Below are positions 34,846 through 45,158 of a stretch of DNA of 64,000 bases, piece by piece. This DNA comes from Pseudomonadota bacterium (GTDB lineage Bacteria; Pseudomonadota; Gammaproteobacteria; Pseudomonadales; JADFDG01). The first letter of the stretch is position 1. Each line of letters starts with the position of its first letter. The DNA is taken from assembly GCA_049323295.1 (NCBI GenBank), contig JBMOON010000040.1, positions 79,074 to 143,073 on the forward strand, given 5' to 3'. Both the position numbers and the translations under genes were made by a program. The notes under the pieces are model-generated. The model had not been told where the DNA came from. It searched no databases and worked only from the letters and a program-made list of their open reading frames with translations.

Positions 34846-36327
34846 TCACCGCAAACCGTTTTCCAGCTGTTCGCAGAGCGTCTTCAATACCTTGATCCGG
34901 GCGTGGTACTTGTCGTTGGCCTCGACCAGCGTCCAGGGGGCGATTTCGGTGCTGGTGCGGTCGATCATGTCGCAGACCGCGCGTTCGTACTGCGGCCATT
35001 TCTTGCGGTTGCGCCAGTCCTCGTCGGTGATCTTGAACTTCTTGTATTCGGTTTTCTCGCGTTCACGGAATCGCTTCAACTGTTCTTCGGCGGTGATCGC
35101 CAGCCAGAACTTGGCCACCACGATGCCGTGCCGGTCCATCTGTTCCTCGAAATCGTTGATTTCCGAGTAGGCGCGCATCCACGCATCCTCGCTGCAGAAA
35201 CCCTCGACGCGCTCGACCAGCACCCGGCCGTACCAGCTGCGGTCGAAGATCGTGAAATGGCCCTGCCGCGGCAGGTGGCGCCAGAAGCGCCACAGGTAGG
35301 GGCGGGCCCGCTCCTCCTCGGTAGGGGCGGCCACGGGGACGATGGTGTAATGCCGTGCATCCAGCGCCTGGGTGATGCGGCGGATGGCACCGCCCTTGCC
35401 GGCCGCGTCGTGACCCTCGAACACGCAGACGACGCTGTGTTTGCGGAATTTCGGGTGGCGCGACAACAGGTTCAGCTCGCCCTGCCATTTCTCCAGCTGT
35501 TGTTCGTATTTTTTCTTCGGGATTTTCAGCCGGTAGTCGAGCGCGACGAGCACGTTGCGGCCGTCGATGGCCGCCTTGGGCAGCGGTGCGGCCCGGACCG
35601 GTGCCGGCGGCTCCTTTGCCGCCAGCCGGTCGCGCAGCGCGGCCAGCAGCAGCCGGCCCGCAGTCAGGCTGCGGTAGCGGTGATCGGTGCCCTCAATGAC
35701 CAGCCACGGCGCTTCGCCGGTACTCGTTTCGCGCAGGGTGTGTTCCGAGACCTTGCGGAAGCGGTCGTATTTGTCGAAACGCTTCCAGTCCTGTCTGGTG
35801 ACCCGCCAGCGGGTGTCCGGGTCCTTCTCCAGCTCCTTCAGCCGCTTGCGTTGCGCTTTCTTCGACAGGTGGAACCAGAGTTTCACCAGCAGCACGTTTT
35901 CCTGCACCAGCATGCGTTCGAAATGACGTATTTCCTCGATGCGGCGATCGAGCGCGGATTTCGACAAGCGTCCGGCTACCCGCTCGACGACCGGATCGGT
36001 GTACCAGGAACCGAACAACATGCCGATCCGCCCCTTCGACGGCAGCGCGCGCCAGTAGCGCCACATCGGCGGCCGGTCGTCCTCTTCGTCCGACGGCGCG
36101 GAGAAGGCATGCGTCTGGATGTGCCGCGGATCCATCCACTCGTTGAACAGGTTGACCGTTTCGCCCTTGCCGGCACCGTCGACGCCGCCGATCAGCACTA
36201 CCACCGCGGTCTTCTGCTGTGCGAGCAGTTCGTACTGGGCGGCCAGCAAGGCCGAGCGCAGCTTCGGCTCTTCCCGGGCGAAGGTTTCCTTGTCGATCCG
36301 GTGACCCAGTTCGGCCGATTCGAACAT
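34846..36327 (-). CDS. two-domain polyphosphate kinase 2 (polyphosphate:AMP phosphotransferase type)
   Basis: 493 aa with two tandem PPK2 domains, each with a Walker-A-like loop (GGVDGAGKGE and GHDAAGKGG). Confidence 0.9.
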   Translation of the reverse strand: MFESAELGHRIDKETFAREEPKLRSALLAAQYELLAQQKTAVVVLIGGVDGAGKGETVNLFNEWMDPRHIQTHAFSAPSDEEDDRPPMWRYWRALPSKGRIGMLFGSWYTDPVVERVAGRLSKSALDRRIEEIRHFERMLVQENVLLVKLWFHLSKKAQRKRLKELEKDPDTRWRVTRQDWKRFDKYDRFRKVSEHTLRETSTGEAPWLVIEGTDHRYRSLTAGRLLLAALRDRLAAKEPPAPVRAAPLPKAAIDGRNVLVALDYRLKIPKKKYEQQLEKWQGELNLLSRHPKFRKHSVVCVFEGHDAAGKGGAIRRITQALDARHYTIVPVAAPTEEERARPYLWRFWRHLPRQGHFTIFDRSWYGRVLVERVEGFCSEDAWMRAYSEINDFEEQMDRHGIVVAKFWLAITAEEQLKRFREREKTEYKKFKITDEDWRNRKKWPQYERAVCDMIDRTSTEIAPWTLVEANDKYHARIKVLKTLCEQLENGLR

Positions 36328-36413
36328 GCTGCGCTCCCTGAAGCCGCCGCGCGGGGCTGCTTATCCGTGACGGGTACCCGTAGAATCCTCCCCCCGTCTC
36401 CGAGTGCCTGTCC

Positions 36414-37649
36414 ATGACGTCCGTCAGCCCGAGCCTACCCCCGCTGCGCCTGAAGAAGAACGAGGAGCGCCGTCTGCGGGCCGGACATGCCTGGATCTAT
36501 TCCAACGAGATCGATACCGAAGCCACGCCGCTGAAAGCGTATGCGCCCGGCATGCAGGTGACGGTGCAGGACTCGCGCGGCAAGCCGCTGGGCTCGGCCT
36601 TCGTCAATCCGAACACGCTGATCGCCGCCCGGTTGTATTCGCGCGAGGCGGACAAGCCGCTGGACCAGTCGCTGCTGGTACATCGCCTCAACATCGCGCT
36701 GTCGCTGCGCGAGAAAGTGTTTGCTACCCCGCATTACCGGCTGGTCTACGGCGACAGCGACGGTCTGCCGGGCCTGGTCGTCGATCGCTACGACGACGTG
36801 CTGGTGGTGCAGATCGGCACCGCAGGCATGGAAAAACTTCGCGAGCAGGTGATTGCTGCGCTGGTGAAGGTACTCAAGCCGTTCGGCATCCTGCTGCGCA
36901 ACGACGCGTCGGTGCGCGCACTGGAAGGCCTGCCGGAGGAAATCGCGGTGGCGCACGGCACCGTGCCGGAGCAGGTCGAGCTGGTGGAAAACGGCGTGCG
37001 GTTCCGTGCGCCGGTGCGCAGCGGCCAGAAGACGGGCTGGTTCTACGATCATCGCGACAACCGTGCCCGGCTGATGGCGCTGGTGGCGCAGGCGGCGCGC
37101 ACGCCGGAGCGGGCGCCGCGCGTGCTCGACGTATTCAGTTACATCGGTGGCTGGGGCGTGCAGGCAGCCGTTGCCGGCGCCGCGGACGTACTGTGCGTCG
37201 ATGCGTCGGCGCCGGCGCTCGCTCTGGTCGGCGAGAATGCCGCGCTGAACGATGCCGGCGGCCGGGTGCGCACGCTGGAAGGCGACGCCTTCCAGGCCAT
37301 GAAGTCGCTGCTCGACGACGGTGAACGTTTCGACATCGTGGTGATGGACCCGCCGGCCTTCATCAAGCGGCGCAAGGATGTGGAGCAGGGCACCATCGCC
37401 TACCGCCGCGTCAACGAACTGGCGATGCGCCTGCTGCAGAAGGACGGCCTGCTGGTGTCGGGTTCCTGCTCAATGCATTTGTCGCGGGCAGATCTGCTGG
37501 ATGTGGTGCGCGCCACCGGCCGGCAGGTGGACCGTCACGTACAGGTGATCGCGCAGGGCGGCCAGGGCGCCGATCACCCGGTGCTGCCGGCGATTCCGGA
37601 GACCGACTACCTGAAGGCCATGTTCGCGCGCGTGACGCCAACATTCTGA
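36414..37649 (+). CDS. rlmI: 23S rRNA (cytosine1962-C5)-methyltransferase-type class I SAM methyltransferase
   Basis: 411 aa. N-terminal PUA-like region (LRLKKNEERRLRAGHAWIYSNEI), SAM fold (VLDVFSYIGGWGV), and DPPAF motif. Confidence 0.85.
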   Translation: MTSVSPSLPPLRLKKNEERRLRAGHAWIYSNEIDTEATPLKAYAPGMQVTVQDSRGKPLGSAFVNPNTLIAARLYSREADKPLDQSLLVHRLNIALSLREKVFATPHYRLVYGDSDGLPGLVVDRYDDVLVVQIGTAGMEKLREQVIAALVKVLKPFGILLRNDASVRALEGLPEEIAVAHGTVPEQVELVENGVRFRAPVRSGQKTGWFYDHRDNRARLMALVAQAARTPERAPRVLDVFSYIGGWGVQAAVAGAADVLCVDASAPALALVGENAALNDAGGRVRTLEGDAFQAMKSLLDDGERFDIVVMDPPAFIKRRKDVEQGTIAYRRVNELAMRLLQKDGLLVSGSCSMHLSRADLLDVVRATGRQVDRHVQVIAQGGQGADHPVLPAIPETDYLKAMFARVTPTF

Positions 37650-37660
37650 GCCCGATATCG

Positions 37661-38734
37661 ATGCAGGATCCCATGTCATCCGGCCATTCCGCAAAGTCAT
37701 CGGCGTATCGGCGCTTCATTGCGGCATTCGCGATTGCCGTTGTGTTGCTTTTGGTCCCGGCGATTACGGCCTCGATCTATTTTGGTGCGCCGGCCTACGA
37801 TCTGGTGCGGGTCGGGCGACTGCCGGCCCGTGACTTCACGCCCCGGATACCGCAGCCAGTCATACAGCGTGTGTTGCCGCCGGCGGCCGGCGAGCCGGCA
37901 CAGGTGCTGGTGCTCGGTGATTCATTCTCGAGGCACAACGTCTGGCAGTCCGAACTGACGCGATTGACCGGACAACGGGTCGTCACGTGGCACTACGATA
38001 CAGTGCGCTGCACCGACGACTGGCTGATCCAGGCAGTCTCGGGCCGGTTGTGGCCGGGCGCGCGGACGATCATCGTGGAAACCGTCGAGCGTGAATTCTT
38101 CAGCCGGTTCGGTGAGCAACACGGCTGTGCCCGTTCTTTCTATCAGCCGCTTCACCAGGAGGAGGGGCCGATCGGGCAGTTGCCGGGGCTGACGGACATA
38201 TTCCCGCTGGATGCCACCCATCTGCTGAAAACGATGCGCAATCATCTTGAGTTGCCGGAGATGCACGGCCGCCGGCGGCTGGGTGGTGCGGTGATGGTCG
38301 ATCTCGTGCGGCGCGATCTGTTCAGCACCAGGTATTCAGACCGCTTGCTGTTCACCGCGGAGGACGACCGTAAGCTGCTGAGCTGGTCCGAAGAAAAGGC
38401 GGCGTCAACCGTCGCGCACCTGGCCGATTTGCGAAGAGGCGCCGCGGCTGCGGGCGTCAACCTGGTGTTCCTCGTCATCCCGGACAAATCGTCGGTGTAT
38501 TGGCCGTATATTCACGAGAAGCAGCGCGCACCGTACCCCGATCAGGGCGAGCGGCTGTTCGCGATGCTTGGAGATCAGCTCGGTCCCGGGTATGACCTTT
38601 TGCGTTATCTGCGCGAACAGTCGTTGGTTGTGACCGACGTATACCATCCCGGCGATACCCATCTGGGCACCACCGGCTATCGTCTTCTGGCGGAGCGTGT
38701 GGCGGAATGGCTGCAGCCCCCCCAGCCTCGCTGA
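37661..38734 (+). CDS. AlgJ/AlgX-like SGNH-fold O-acetyltransferase partner protein (membrane-anchored)
   Basis: N-terminal TM anchor (FIAAFAIAVVLLLVPAITASIYF). GDS block (VLVLGDSFSRHN) and a C-terminal D-x-H block (HPGDTHLGTTGY). Immediately upstream of an MBOAT gene. Confidence 0.6.
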   Translation: MQDPMSSGHSAKSSAYRRFIAAFAIAVVLLLVPAITASIYFGAPAYDLVRVGRLPARDFTPRIPQPVIQRVLPPAAGEPAQVLVLGDSFSRHNVWQSELTRLTGQRVVTWHYDTVRCTDDWLIQAVSGRLWPGARTIIVETVEREFFSRFGEQHGCARSFYQPLHQEEGPIGQLPGLTDIFPLDATHLLKTMRNHLELPEMHGRRRLGGAVMVDLVRRDLFSTRYSDRLLFTAEDDRKLLSWSEEKAASTVAHLADLRRGAAAAGVNLVFLVIPDKSSVYWPYIHEKQRAPYPDQGERLFAMLGDQLGPGYDLLRYLREQSLVVTDVYHPGDTHLGTTGYRLLAERVAEWLQPPQPR

Positions 38735-38752
38735 ATCGAACGAGCGCCGACC

Positions 38753-40219
38753 ATGTTGTTCAACTCGACCGAATTCCTGTTCGTCTTCCTGCCGATCACC
38801 TTCGCGTTGTTCTTCCTCGCGGCGCGGGTCGGAGCCGGAGCGGCGATCAGCGTGCTCGGCGTGGCGTCGCTGGCATTTTACTCGTATTGGGACATCAGCT
38901 TCCTGCCGATCCTGGCGACCTCGATCATCGTTAATTTTCTGTTCAGCCGGTTGATATCCCGTTATCGGCCGCATGGAAAACCTATTCTGGTTGTGGCGAT
39001 CATCTTCAATATCGCCATGCTCGCAGTTTACAAATATGCCGATTTTCTGATCGGTACGGTAAACGCCATTTCGCATACGGATGTTCCGTTGCTTTCGCTG
39101 GCGCTCCCGCTGGGGATCTCATTCTTCACTTTTACCCAGATCGCTTTTCTGGTGGACACATGGCGCAACGAAGCCAGCGAGCCGAGTTTCAGCAAATACC
39201 TGTTGTTCGTTACGTATTTTCCTCACCTGATCGCCGGCCCTATTCTTCACCACAAACAGATGATGCCGCAGTTCGGTCATGTGGAAACATTGCATATCCG
39301 GGCCGAATCTATTGCCGTCGGCCTTGCATTGCTGACCGTGGGGTTGTTCAAGAAAGTTGTCATTGCCGATCGCTTCGGCGAGTTTGCCACGCCGGTCTTC
39401 GCCGCCGGCGCCAGTGGCGTGCCCATCGGTTTTGCCGAGGCATGGGCCGGTGCGCTGGCGTACACGCTGCAGCTCTATTTTGACTTCTCCGCCTATTCCG
39501 ACATGGCTATCGGCCTGTCGCGGTTGTTCAACATCGATCTGCCGGTGAACTTCAACTCGCCATACAAGTCGCGCAACATCATTGAATTCTGGCGCCGCTG
39601 GCACATCTCGCTGTCCACATTCCTGCGCGATTACCTTTACATCCCGCTGGGCGGGAACCGTTCCGGCAAGGTGCGGCGCTACATCAATCTGTTTCTGACC
39701 ATGCTGCTCGGCGGCCTCTGGCACGGCGCGAACTGGACATTCGTTGTCTGGGGGGCGATACACGGCATGCTGCTGATCATCAATCACGCATTTGCCGGGA
39801 TCCGGGAGCGCATCTCCTGGCTGCGAATGCCGGGCTGGCTGGCGATGCTGTTGACATTCACTGCCGTGGTGCTGGCGTGGGTTCCGTTCCGGGCCGAGAG
39901 CTTCGCAGCGGCCCTGAACCTGTGGCAGGCGATGTTCACGCTGCCGTCGGGCGACTGGTCGGCGAGCGCTTCCGGAATCGAAACCGAGCGCGCCCTGCGC
40001 GGAATCCTGTTCGGATTGCTGGTGGTCTGGCTGATGCCGAACTCACAGGAATTCGTTGCGCGCTTCTGGCGCAACGGCACGGATGCTACCGCTTACGTTG
40101 CGCCGCGCCGCCTGGCCTGGGCGCCTACCGTTGGCTGGGGTCTCGTGCTGGGCGCGATTTTCGCCTGGGTAGTCATGAACTTCGGGAAGCTTTCCGAGTT
40201 CCTTTATTTCCAGTTCTAG
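38753..40219 (+). CDS. MBOAT-family membrane O-acyltransferase (AlgI/PatA/DltB-like)
   Basis: 488 aa. N-terminus MLFNSTEFLFVFLPITF..., FWRRWHISLSTFLRDYLYIPLGGNR, and catalytic-His region LGGLWHGANW. Confidence 0.9.
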   Translation: MLFNSTEFLFVFLPITFALFFLAARVGAGAAISVLGVASLAFYSYWDISFLPILATSIIVNFLFSRLISRYRPHGKPILVVAIIFNIAMLAVYKYADFLIGTVNAISHTDVPLLSLALPLGISFFTFTQIAFLVDTWRNEASEPSFSKYLLFVTYFPHLIAGPILHHKQMMPQFGHVETLHIRAESIAVGLALLTVGLFKKVVIADRFGEFATPVFAAGASGVPIGFAEAWAGALAYTLQLYFDFSAYSDMAIGLSRLFNIDLPVNFNSPYKSRNIIEFWRRWHISLSTFLRDYLYIPLGGNRSGKVRRYINLFLTMLLGGLWHGANWTFVVWGAIHGMLLIINHAFAGIRERISWLRMPGWLAMLLTFTAVVLAWVPFRAESFAAALNLWQAMFTLPSGDWSASASGIETERALRGILFGLLVVWLMPNSQEFVARFWRNGTDATAYVAPRRLAWAPTVGWGLVLGAIFAWVVMNFGKLSEFLYFQF

Positions 40220-40256
40220 AGTGAGAGTTGGCGGGTGCGCTTGCCGTTCAGGCCCG

Positions 40257-40916
40257 CTATTCGCGCAACGAACGGATTTCCCAGCCGCGTTTTTCCGCCT
40301 CCCTGCGCAAACTGTCGTCGGGATCGACAGCCACCGCGCGATCGACTTTCGCCAGCAGCGGGATGTCGTTGTGCGAGTCGGAATAGAAAACGCTGCCGGT
40401 CAGCGAGTGGCCGGTTTCGCGCAGCCATGCATCCAGTCGCGTCACCTTGCCCTCGCGATAGCATGGCGTGCCGGTAACGCGGCCGGTGTAGCGGCCGTTC
40501 ACGAGTTCCGCCGTGGTGGCCAGCAGATCGTGCACGCCGAGGCGCTCGCCGATCGGCCGCGTCACGAAATCGTTGGTGGCCGTGATGATCAGCAGGAAGT
40601 CGCCGGCATCCCGGTGGCGGCGCAGCAGGACTTCGGCCTGCGGAAGGATCATCGGCTCGACGACGTCGCGCATGAACTCGCGGTGCCAGGCGTCGAGTCG
40701 TTCCTTCGGATGGGCCGCCAGTACCTGCAGCGCAAATTCCAGATAGGCGCGGATATCGAGCCGGCCAGCCACGTAGTCTTCGTAGAAGCGATCGTTGGTC
40801 GCCTTGTAGTGACGGCCGTCGACCACGCCGCGCGCAATCAGGAAGTCGCCCCAGGCATGGTCGCTGTCGCCGGCCAGCAGGGTGTTGTCGAGATCGAAGA
40901 TGGCGAGTCGGCGCAT
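40257..40916 (-). CDS. HAD-IB family hydrolase
   Basis: ATG 40916 gives [14 protein letters not shown] (motif I at the N-terminus). ...IITATNDF... and [11 protein letters not shown] motifs. The track start 40943 is the alternative. Confidence 0.85.
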   Translation of the reverse strand: MRRLAIFDLDNTLLAGDSDHAWGDFLIARGVVDGRHYKATNDRFYEDYVAGRLDIRAYLEFALQVLAAHPKERLDAWHREFMRDVVEPMILPQAEVLLRRHRDAGDFLLIITATNDFVTRPIGERLGVHDLLATTAELVNGRYTGRVTGTPCYREGKVTRLDAWLRETGHSLTGSVFYSDSHNDIPLLAKVDRAVAVDPDDSLRREAEKRGWEIRSLRE

Positions 40917-41114
40917 GGCGGCGGGGGATGTGACGGCGGGCATGGCGGATCGTGGTCCGGATCTGTGCAGGAAACGGGTCGTCCCGGGGCGGGCGCGCCA
41001 TCATAGCGCGCTGCGTCGGAGTTCACGCAGCGTCTGCGGTGCCGTCGATTGCCCGGGCCCGGGGAGTCGTGTACACATGAGCCATTGCCCGCCTGCCCGT
41101 TTTCCGGTGTTCCC

Positions 41115-41597
41115 GTGATCGATTCCGAAGGTTTCCGCCCCAACGTGGGCATCATCGTCTGCAATGGCGACGGCCGCGTGCTGTGGGCGCGCCGGCGCGG
41201 GCATGACGCCTGGCAGTTTCCGCAGGGCGGCATTTCCGGCGGCGAGTCGCCGGAAGAGGCCATGTACCGCGAGCTGCACGAGGAAGTCGGCCTGCGGCCG
41301 GAGGACGTGAAAGTCCTTGCCCGTACCCAGGGGTGGCTGCGTTATCACCTGCCGGAGCGGTTCATCCGGCGGCAGGAGAATCCACGCTGCATCGGCCAGA
41401 AACAGAAGTGGTTCCTGCTTGAGCTGGTCAGCGCTGAAAGCCGGATCGATCTCCGGGTGATGCAGAAGCCCGAGTTCGACGACTGGCGCTGGGTTAATTA
41501 CTGGTACCCGCTCGACCAGGTGATCGATTTCAAGCGCAACGTATACCTGCAGGCCATGAAGCAGCTTGCGCCGGCGCTGCCGGTGCAGCGGGCCTGA
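41115..41597 (+). CDS. rppH: RNA pyrophosphohydrolase
   Basis: GTG 41115 gives (M)[16 protein letters not shown], the canonical RppH N-terminus. Nudix box [23 protein letters not shown]. Confidence 0.9.
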   Translation: MIDSEGFRPNVGIIVCNGDGRVLWARRRGHDAWQFPQGGISGGESPEEAMYRELHEEVGLRPEDVKVLARTQGWLRYHLPERFIRRQENPRCIGQKQKWFLLELVSAESRIDLRVMQKPEFDDWRWVNYWYPLDQVIDFKRNVYLQAMKQLAPALPVQRA

Positions 41598-41648
41598 ACC
41601 GGCAGCGCCGGCGACATGAACCGTGAAGACAGCGTGACGGAGTAGGAC

Positions 41649-43934
41649 GTGCTCGAGGTTTTGCGTCGCATCGTGCAGGAGGTCAATACCGCGCCCGACG
41701 TTCCGTCGGCACTGGCGTTGCTCGTCAAGCGCGTGCGCGATGCGATGGGCGCGGAAGTCTGTTCGGTATACCTGCTCGACGAGGCGGTGAGCCGCTGGGT
41801 GCTGATGGCGACCGAGGGCCTGAAGAAGGAGGCGGTCGGCAAGGCCAGCATGGGCATCGCCGAGGGTCTCGTCGGCCAGGTCGGTCTGCGCGAAGAGCCG
41901 ATCAACCTCGAGGACGCGTTCACCCACCCGAAATTCCAGTACCTGCCGGAGGTCGGCGAGGACGCCTTCCACGCCTTTCTCGGCGTGCCGGTGATCAGCC
42001 AGGGCAAGACGCTGGGCGTGCTCATCGTGCAGCAGCGAGACCGCCGGCGTTTCGATCAGAGCGAGGAGGCCTTCCTCGTCACCATCGCGGCGCAGTTGTC
42101 CGGACTGGTCGCGCATGCGCGGGCCACCGCGCGCGCCGCGGCGATCGCCGAGATCACGCCGGAGCACGACAAGATCTTCATCGGCGTGGCCGGCAGTCCC
42201 GGCGCGGCGATCGGCAAGGTGAAGGTGATCTATCCGCCGGCGGAACTCGAATCCGTTCCCGACCGGCCGGTGGAGAATATCGAGCAGGAAGTGTCGCGAC
42301 TGGAAAACGCACTGATGTCGGTGCGCACCGAGATCCGCCGTCTCGGCGAGCGGGTCGCCGGCCAGTTGCGGCCGGAAGAGCAGGCGCTGTTCGATGTCTG
42401 GCTGCGCATGCTGGACAAGAACGCGCTCGGCGGGGAGATCGTCAACAAGGTGCGGGAAACCGGCAACTGGGCCGAGGGGTCGCTGCGGCAGGTGATCACT
42501 ACCCACGTCGAGTCATTCCGCCGCATGGAAGACCTTTATCTGCGAGATCGCGCGGCGGACGTGCGCGATCTCGGGCTGCGTGTCCTCACCCAGCTGCAGG
42601 CGCGCTCGTTGCCGGCGCTCGCCGATTTCCCGGACGATGCCGTGGTGGTCGCCGAGGAAATGAGCGCCACCACGCTGATGGATCTGCCGCGCGACAAAAT
42701 CCGCGCCATTGCCACCGTCGAGGGCTCCGCAACCTCGCACATGGCAATCGTCGCCCGCACCATGGGAATTCCGGTGGTGCTCGGCCTGTCCGATCTGCCG
42801 CTGACCCAGGTCGACGGCAAACCGATGATCGCCGACGGTTTCCGCGGCCGGGTGATCGTCGATCCGGGCCGCGAGTTCCGCATCCAGTACGAACAGATCA
42901 TCCGTGACGAGCAGAACCTGATCCGCGAGCTGGAGCCGCTGCGCAACCTGCCGGCGGCAACGCTCGACGGCCATCACGTTTCGCTGATGGTCAACACCGG
43001 CCTGCTGGCCGACGTGCAGCGCTCGCTCGGTCGCGGCGCGGAAGGCGTCGGCCTGTACCGCACCGAAATCCCGTTCATGGTGCGCGACCGTTTCCCGTCG
43101 GAAGAAGAACAGCGCAACATCTACCGCCAGCAGCTCGATGCCTTCGCGCCGCATCCGGTGGTGATGCGCACGCTGGATGTCGGCGGCGACAAGATGCTGC
43201 CGTATTTTCCGGTCGAGGAGCTGAATCCCTTTCTTGGCTGGCGCGGCGTGCGCATCACGCTCGATCATCCGGACATTTTCCTCGTCCAGGTTCGCGCCAT
43301 GCTCAAGGCCAGCGCGAAGCTGAACAACCTCCGCATTCTGGTGCCGATGATCACCACCGTTTTCGAGGCCGAGGAAGCGATGCACCTTGTGCATCGCGCG
43401 TGGCTGGAAGTCTGCGAGGAAGGCATTGATGTCGACATGCCGCCGGTGGGCGTGATGATCGAGGTGCCGGCGGCGGTCTATCAGGCGCGCGATCTCGCGC
43501 AGCGGGTGGATTTCCTGTCGGTCGGATCCAACGACCTTACGCAGTACATCCTCGCCGTCGACCGCAACAATCCGCGCGTCTCTGGCCTGTACAACAGTTT
43601 CCATCCGGCGGTGCTGGCCGCGTTGCGGCACGTGGTCGAGGCCGGCCATGCCGAAGGCAAGCCGGTCAGCATCTGCGGCGAACTGGCCGGCGATCCGCTG
43701 GCGACGCCGCTGCTGATGGCGATGGGTTTCGATTCGCTGTCGATGAACGCCAGCGCGCTGCTCAAGGTGAAGTGGGCGGTACGCAATTCCTCGCTGGCCG
43801 ATGCGCGCACGTTGCTTGACGAAGTGCTGCGCATGGACAACGCGCAGGTGATCCAGGCACACCTGCAGCGGGTGCTGGGTCGTCAGGGTTTCAATCTGGT
43901 CCTGACGCGCAAGAACCAGGACGCGGTGGCCTGA
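41649..43934 (+). CDS. ptsP: phosphoenolpyruvate-protein phosphotransferase EI-Ntr (GAF + EI)
   Basis: 761 aa. N-terminal GAF domain, phospho-His region GSATSHMAIVAR, and C-terminal SVGSNDLTQY. Follows rppH as in E. coli and Pseudomonas. Confidence 0.95.
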   Translation: MLEVLRRIVQEVNTAPDVPSALALLVKRVRDAMGAEVCSVYLLDEAVSRWVLMATEGLKKEAVGKASMGIAEGLVGQVGLREEPINLEDAFTHPKFQYLPEVGEDAFHAFLGVPVISQGKTLGVLIVQQRDRRRFDQSEEAFLVTIAAQLSGLVAHARATARAAAIAEITPEHDKIFIGVAGSPGAAIGKVKVIYPPAELESVPDRPVENIEQEVSRLENALMSVRTEIRRLGERVAGQLRPEEQALFDVWLRMLDKNALGGEIVNKVRETGNWAEGSLRQVITTHVESFRRMEDLYLRDRAADVRDLGLRVLTQLQARSLPALADFPDDAVVVAEEMSATTLMDLPRDKIRAIATVEGSATSHMAIVARTMGIPVVLGLSDLPLTQVDGKPMIADGFRGRVIVDPGREFRIQYEQIIRDEQNLIRELEPLRNLPAATLDGHHVSLMVNTGLLADVQRSLGRGAEGVGLYRTEIPFMVRDRFPSEEEQRNIYRQQLDAFAPHPVVMRTLDVGGDKMLPYFPVEELNPFLGWRGVRITLDHPDIFLVQVRAMLKASAKLNNLRILVPMITTVFEAEEAMHLVHRAWLEVCEEGIDVDMPPVGVMIEVPAAVYQARDLAQRVDFLSVGSNDLTQYILAVDRNNPRVSGLYNSFHPAVLAALRHVVEAGHAEGKPVSICGELAGDPLATPLLMAMGFDSLSMNASALLKVKWAVRNSSLADARTLLDEVLRMDNAQVIQAHLQRVLGRQGFNLVLTRKNQDAVA

Positions 43935-43988
43935 GCCGGCTTTTTCCCGCCCGTTCCGGCGGCCATCCGCAGGCGGACGTCATGGCGT

Positions 43989-44450
43989 TCACAGGATCCC
44001 CGCATCCAGGCCGGCGGCCACGTACATGCCGAGTTCCTCGGCTCGCGATACGAATTCTTCCTGCCAGTCACCGCGACAGGTGACGGGTTCCTGCACGAGT
44101 TTCCAGCGCAGTCCGGTGAGTATAGATTCCAGCGCGCGACGCGTCCCTGTGCCGTCGTGGCCGGCGCGGATCAGGATGGCGCAGGGCAGTCCCTGCTTTT
44201 CTTCCAGCACCGGGTAGTAGCTGCGGTCGAAGAAATCCTTCATCGCGCCGCTCATGTAGCCGAGGTTCTCGGTGGTGAACAGCACGATGGCATCGCAGGC
44301 GCGGATGTCGTCCGGGCCGGCCTGCAGCGGCGCGATGCGCTTCACTTCGACGTTTTCGATCTGCGGATCGCGGGCGCCGCGCTCGAGTGCCTCCGCCAGC
44401 CGTTGCGTGTTCGCGGATGGCGCGTGGGCGACGATCAGCAGACGCTTCAT
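43989..44450 (-). CDS. flavodoxin-like fold NAD(P)H-dependent oxidoreductase family protein
   Basis: Only the last 153 codons of the track ORF are credible (ATG 44448-44450, MKRLLIVAHAPSANTQRLAEAL...). Flavodoxin-like beta-alpha pattern (…AIVLFTTENLGYMSGAMKDFFD…). Confidence 0.7.
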   Translation of the reverse strand: MKRLLIVAHAPSANTQRLAEALERGARDPQIENVEVKRIAPLQAGPDDIRACDAIVLFTTENLGYMSGAMKDFFDRSYYPVLEEKQGLPCAILIRAGHDGTGTRRALESILTGLRWKLVQEPVTCRGDWQEEFVSRAEELGMYVAAGLDAGIL

Positions 44451-44473
44451 GGACGGCCTCCGTGCGGAATCGT

Positions 44474-44953
44474 TCAAAGATAGCCCAGCGGCAGAGCCGT
44501 GGTGTCCACTACCCGCCGCATCACGAAACTGGAATGCACGCCGGACACGCCTTCGATGCGGGTGATCTTGTTGAGCAGGAATTCCTGGTAGGTGTCCATG
44601 TCCGGCACGGTCACCATCAGCTGGTAGTCGGCGTCCTGGCCGGTGATGAGAAAGCAGGACAGCACCTCCGGGTACTGCCGCACGGTCTGCTCGAATTTCT
44701 CGAAGCGTTCCGGCGTGTGGCGGTCCATGGAGATCTGGATCAGTGCGGTGAGCGAGAGGCCCAGCTTCTTGCGTTCGAGCAGGGTGACCCGCCGGAGAAT
44801 GATCCCGGCTTCTTCCAGGGCTTTCACCCGGCGCAGACAGGGCGAGGCCGACAGACCGACCCGTTCGGCCAGCTGCTGGTTGGTCAGGCCGCCATCCTGC
44901 TGGAGCTCTTCCAGGATCCGGCGGTCGATGCGGTCGGGTTTGAAGTCGGCCAT
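44474..44953 (-). CDS. Lrp/AsnC-family transcriptional regulator
   Basis: DRIDRRILEELQQDGGLTNQQLAERVGLSASPCLRRVKALEEAGII HTH plus a C-terminal RAM/AsnC_trans_reg domain. ATG 44953 is preferred over the track TTG 44962. Confidence 0.9.
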   Translation of the reverse strand: MADFKPDRIDRRILEELQQDGGLTNQQLAERVGLSASPCLRRVKALEEAGIILRRVTLLERKKLGLSLTALIQISMDRHTPERFEKFEQTVRQYPEVLSCFLITGQDADYQLMVTVPDMDTYQEFLLNKITRIEGVSGVHSSFVMRRVVDTTALPLGYL

Positions 44954-45158
44954 GGCAGACAAGGCCCCTTTTCAGGAGTATTGAGCAATTATCTGCCAAT
45001 AATTCCCCTTAAAGGGGTAAATTCGCAAGCCTTTTGCGGAGGCTCGCCCCTAGACTTTGCTTCCGGTCAACGACGGCGACCCCGTCCGCGGCCCGCCCCG
45101 CCGGCCACAAGCCGCGGGGCCCCATCCCCTTCCCCGATACCGAACGGACTGCGCCGCC

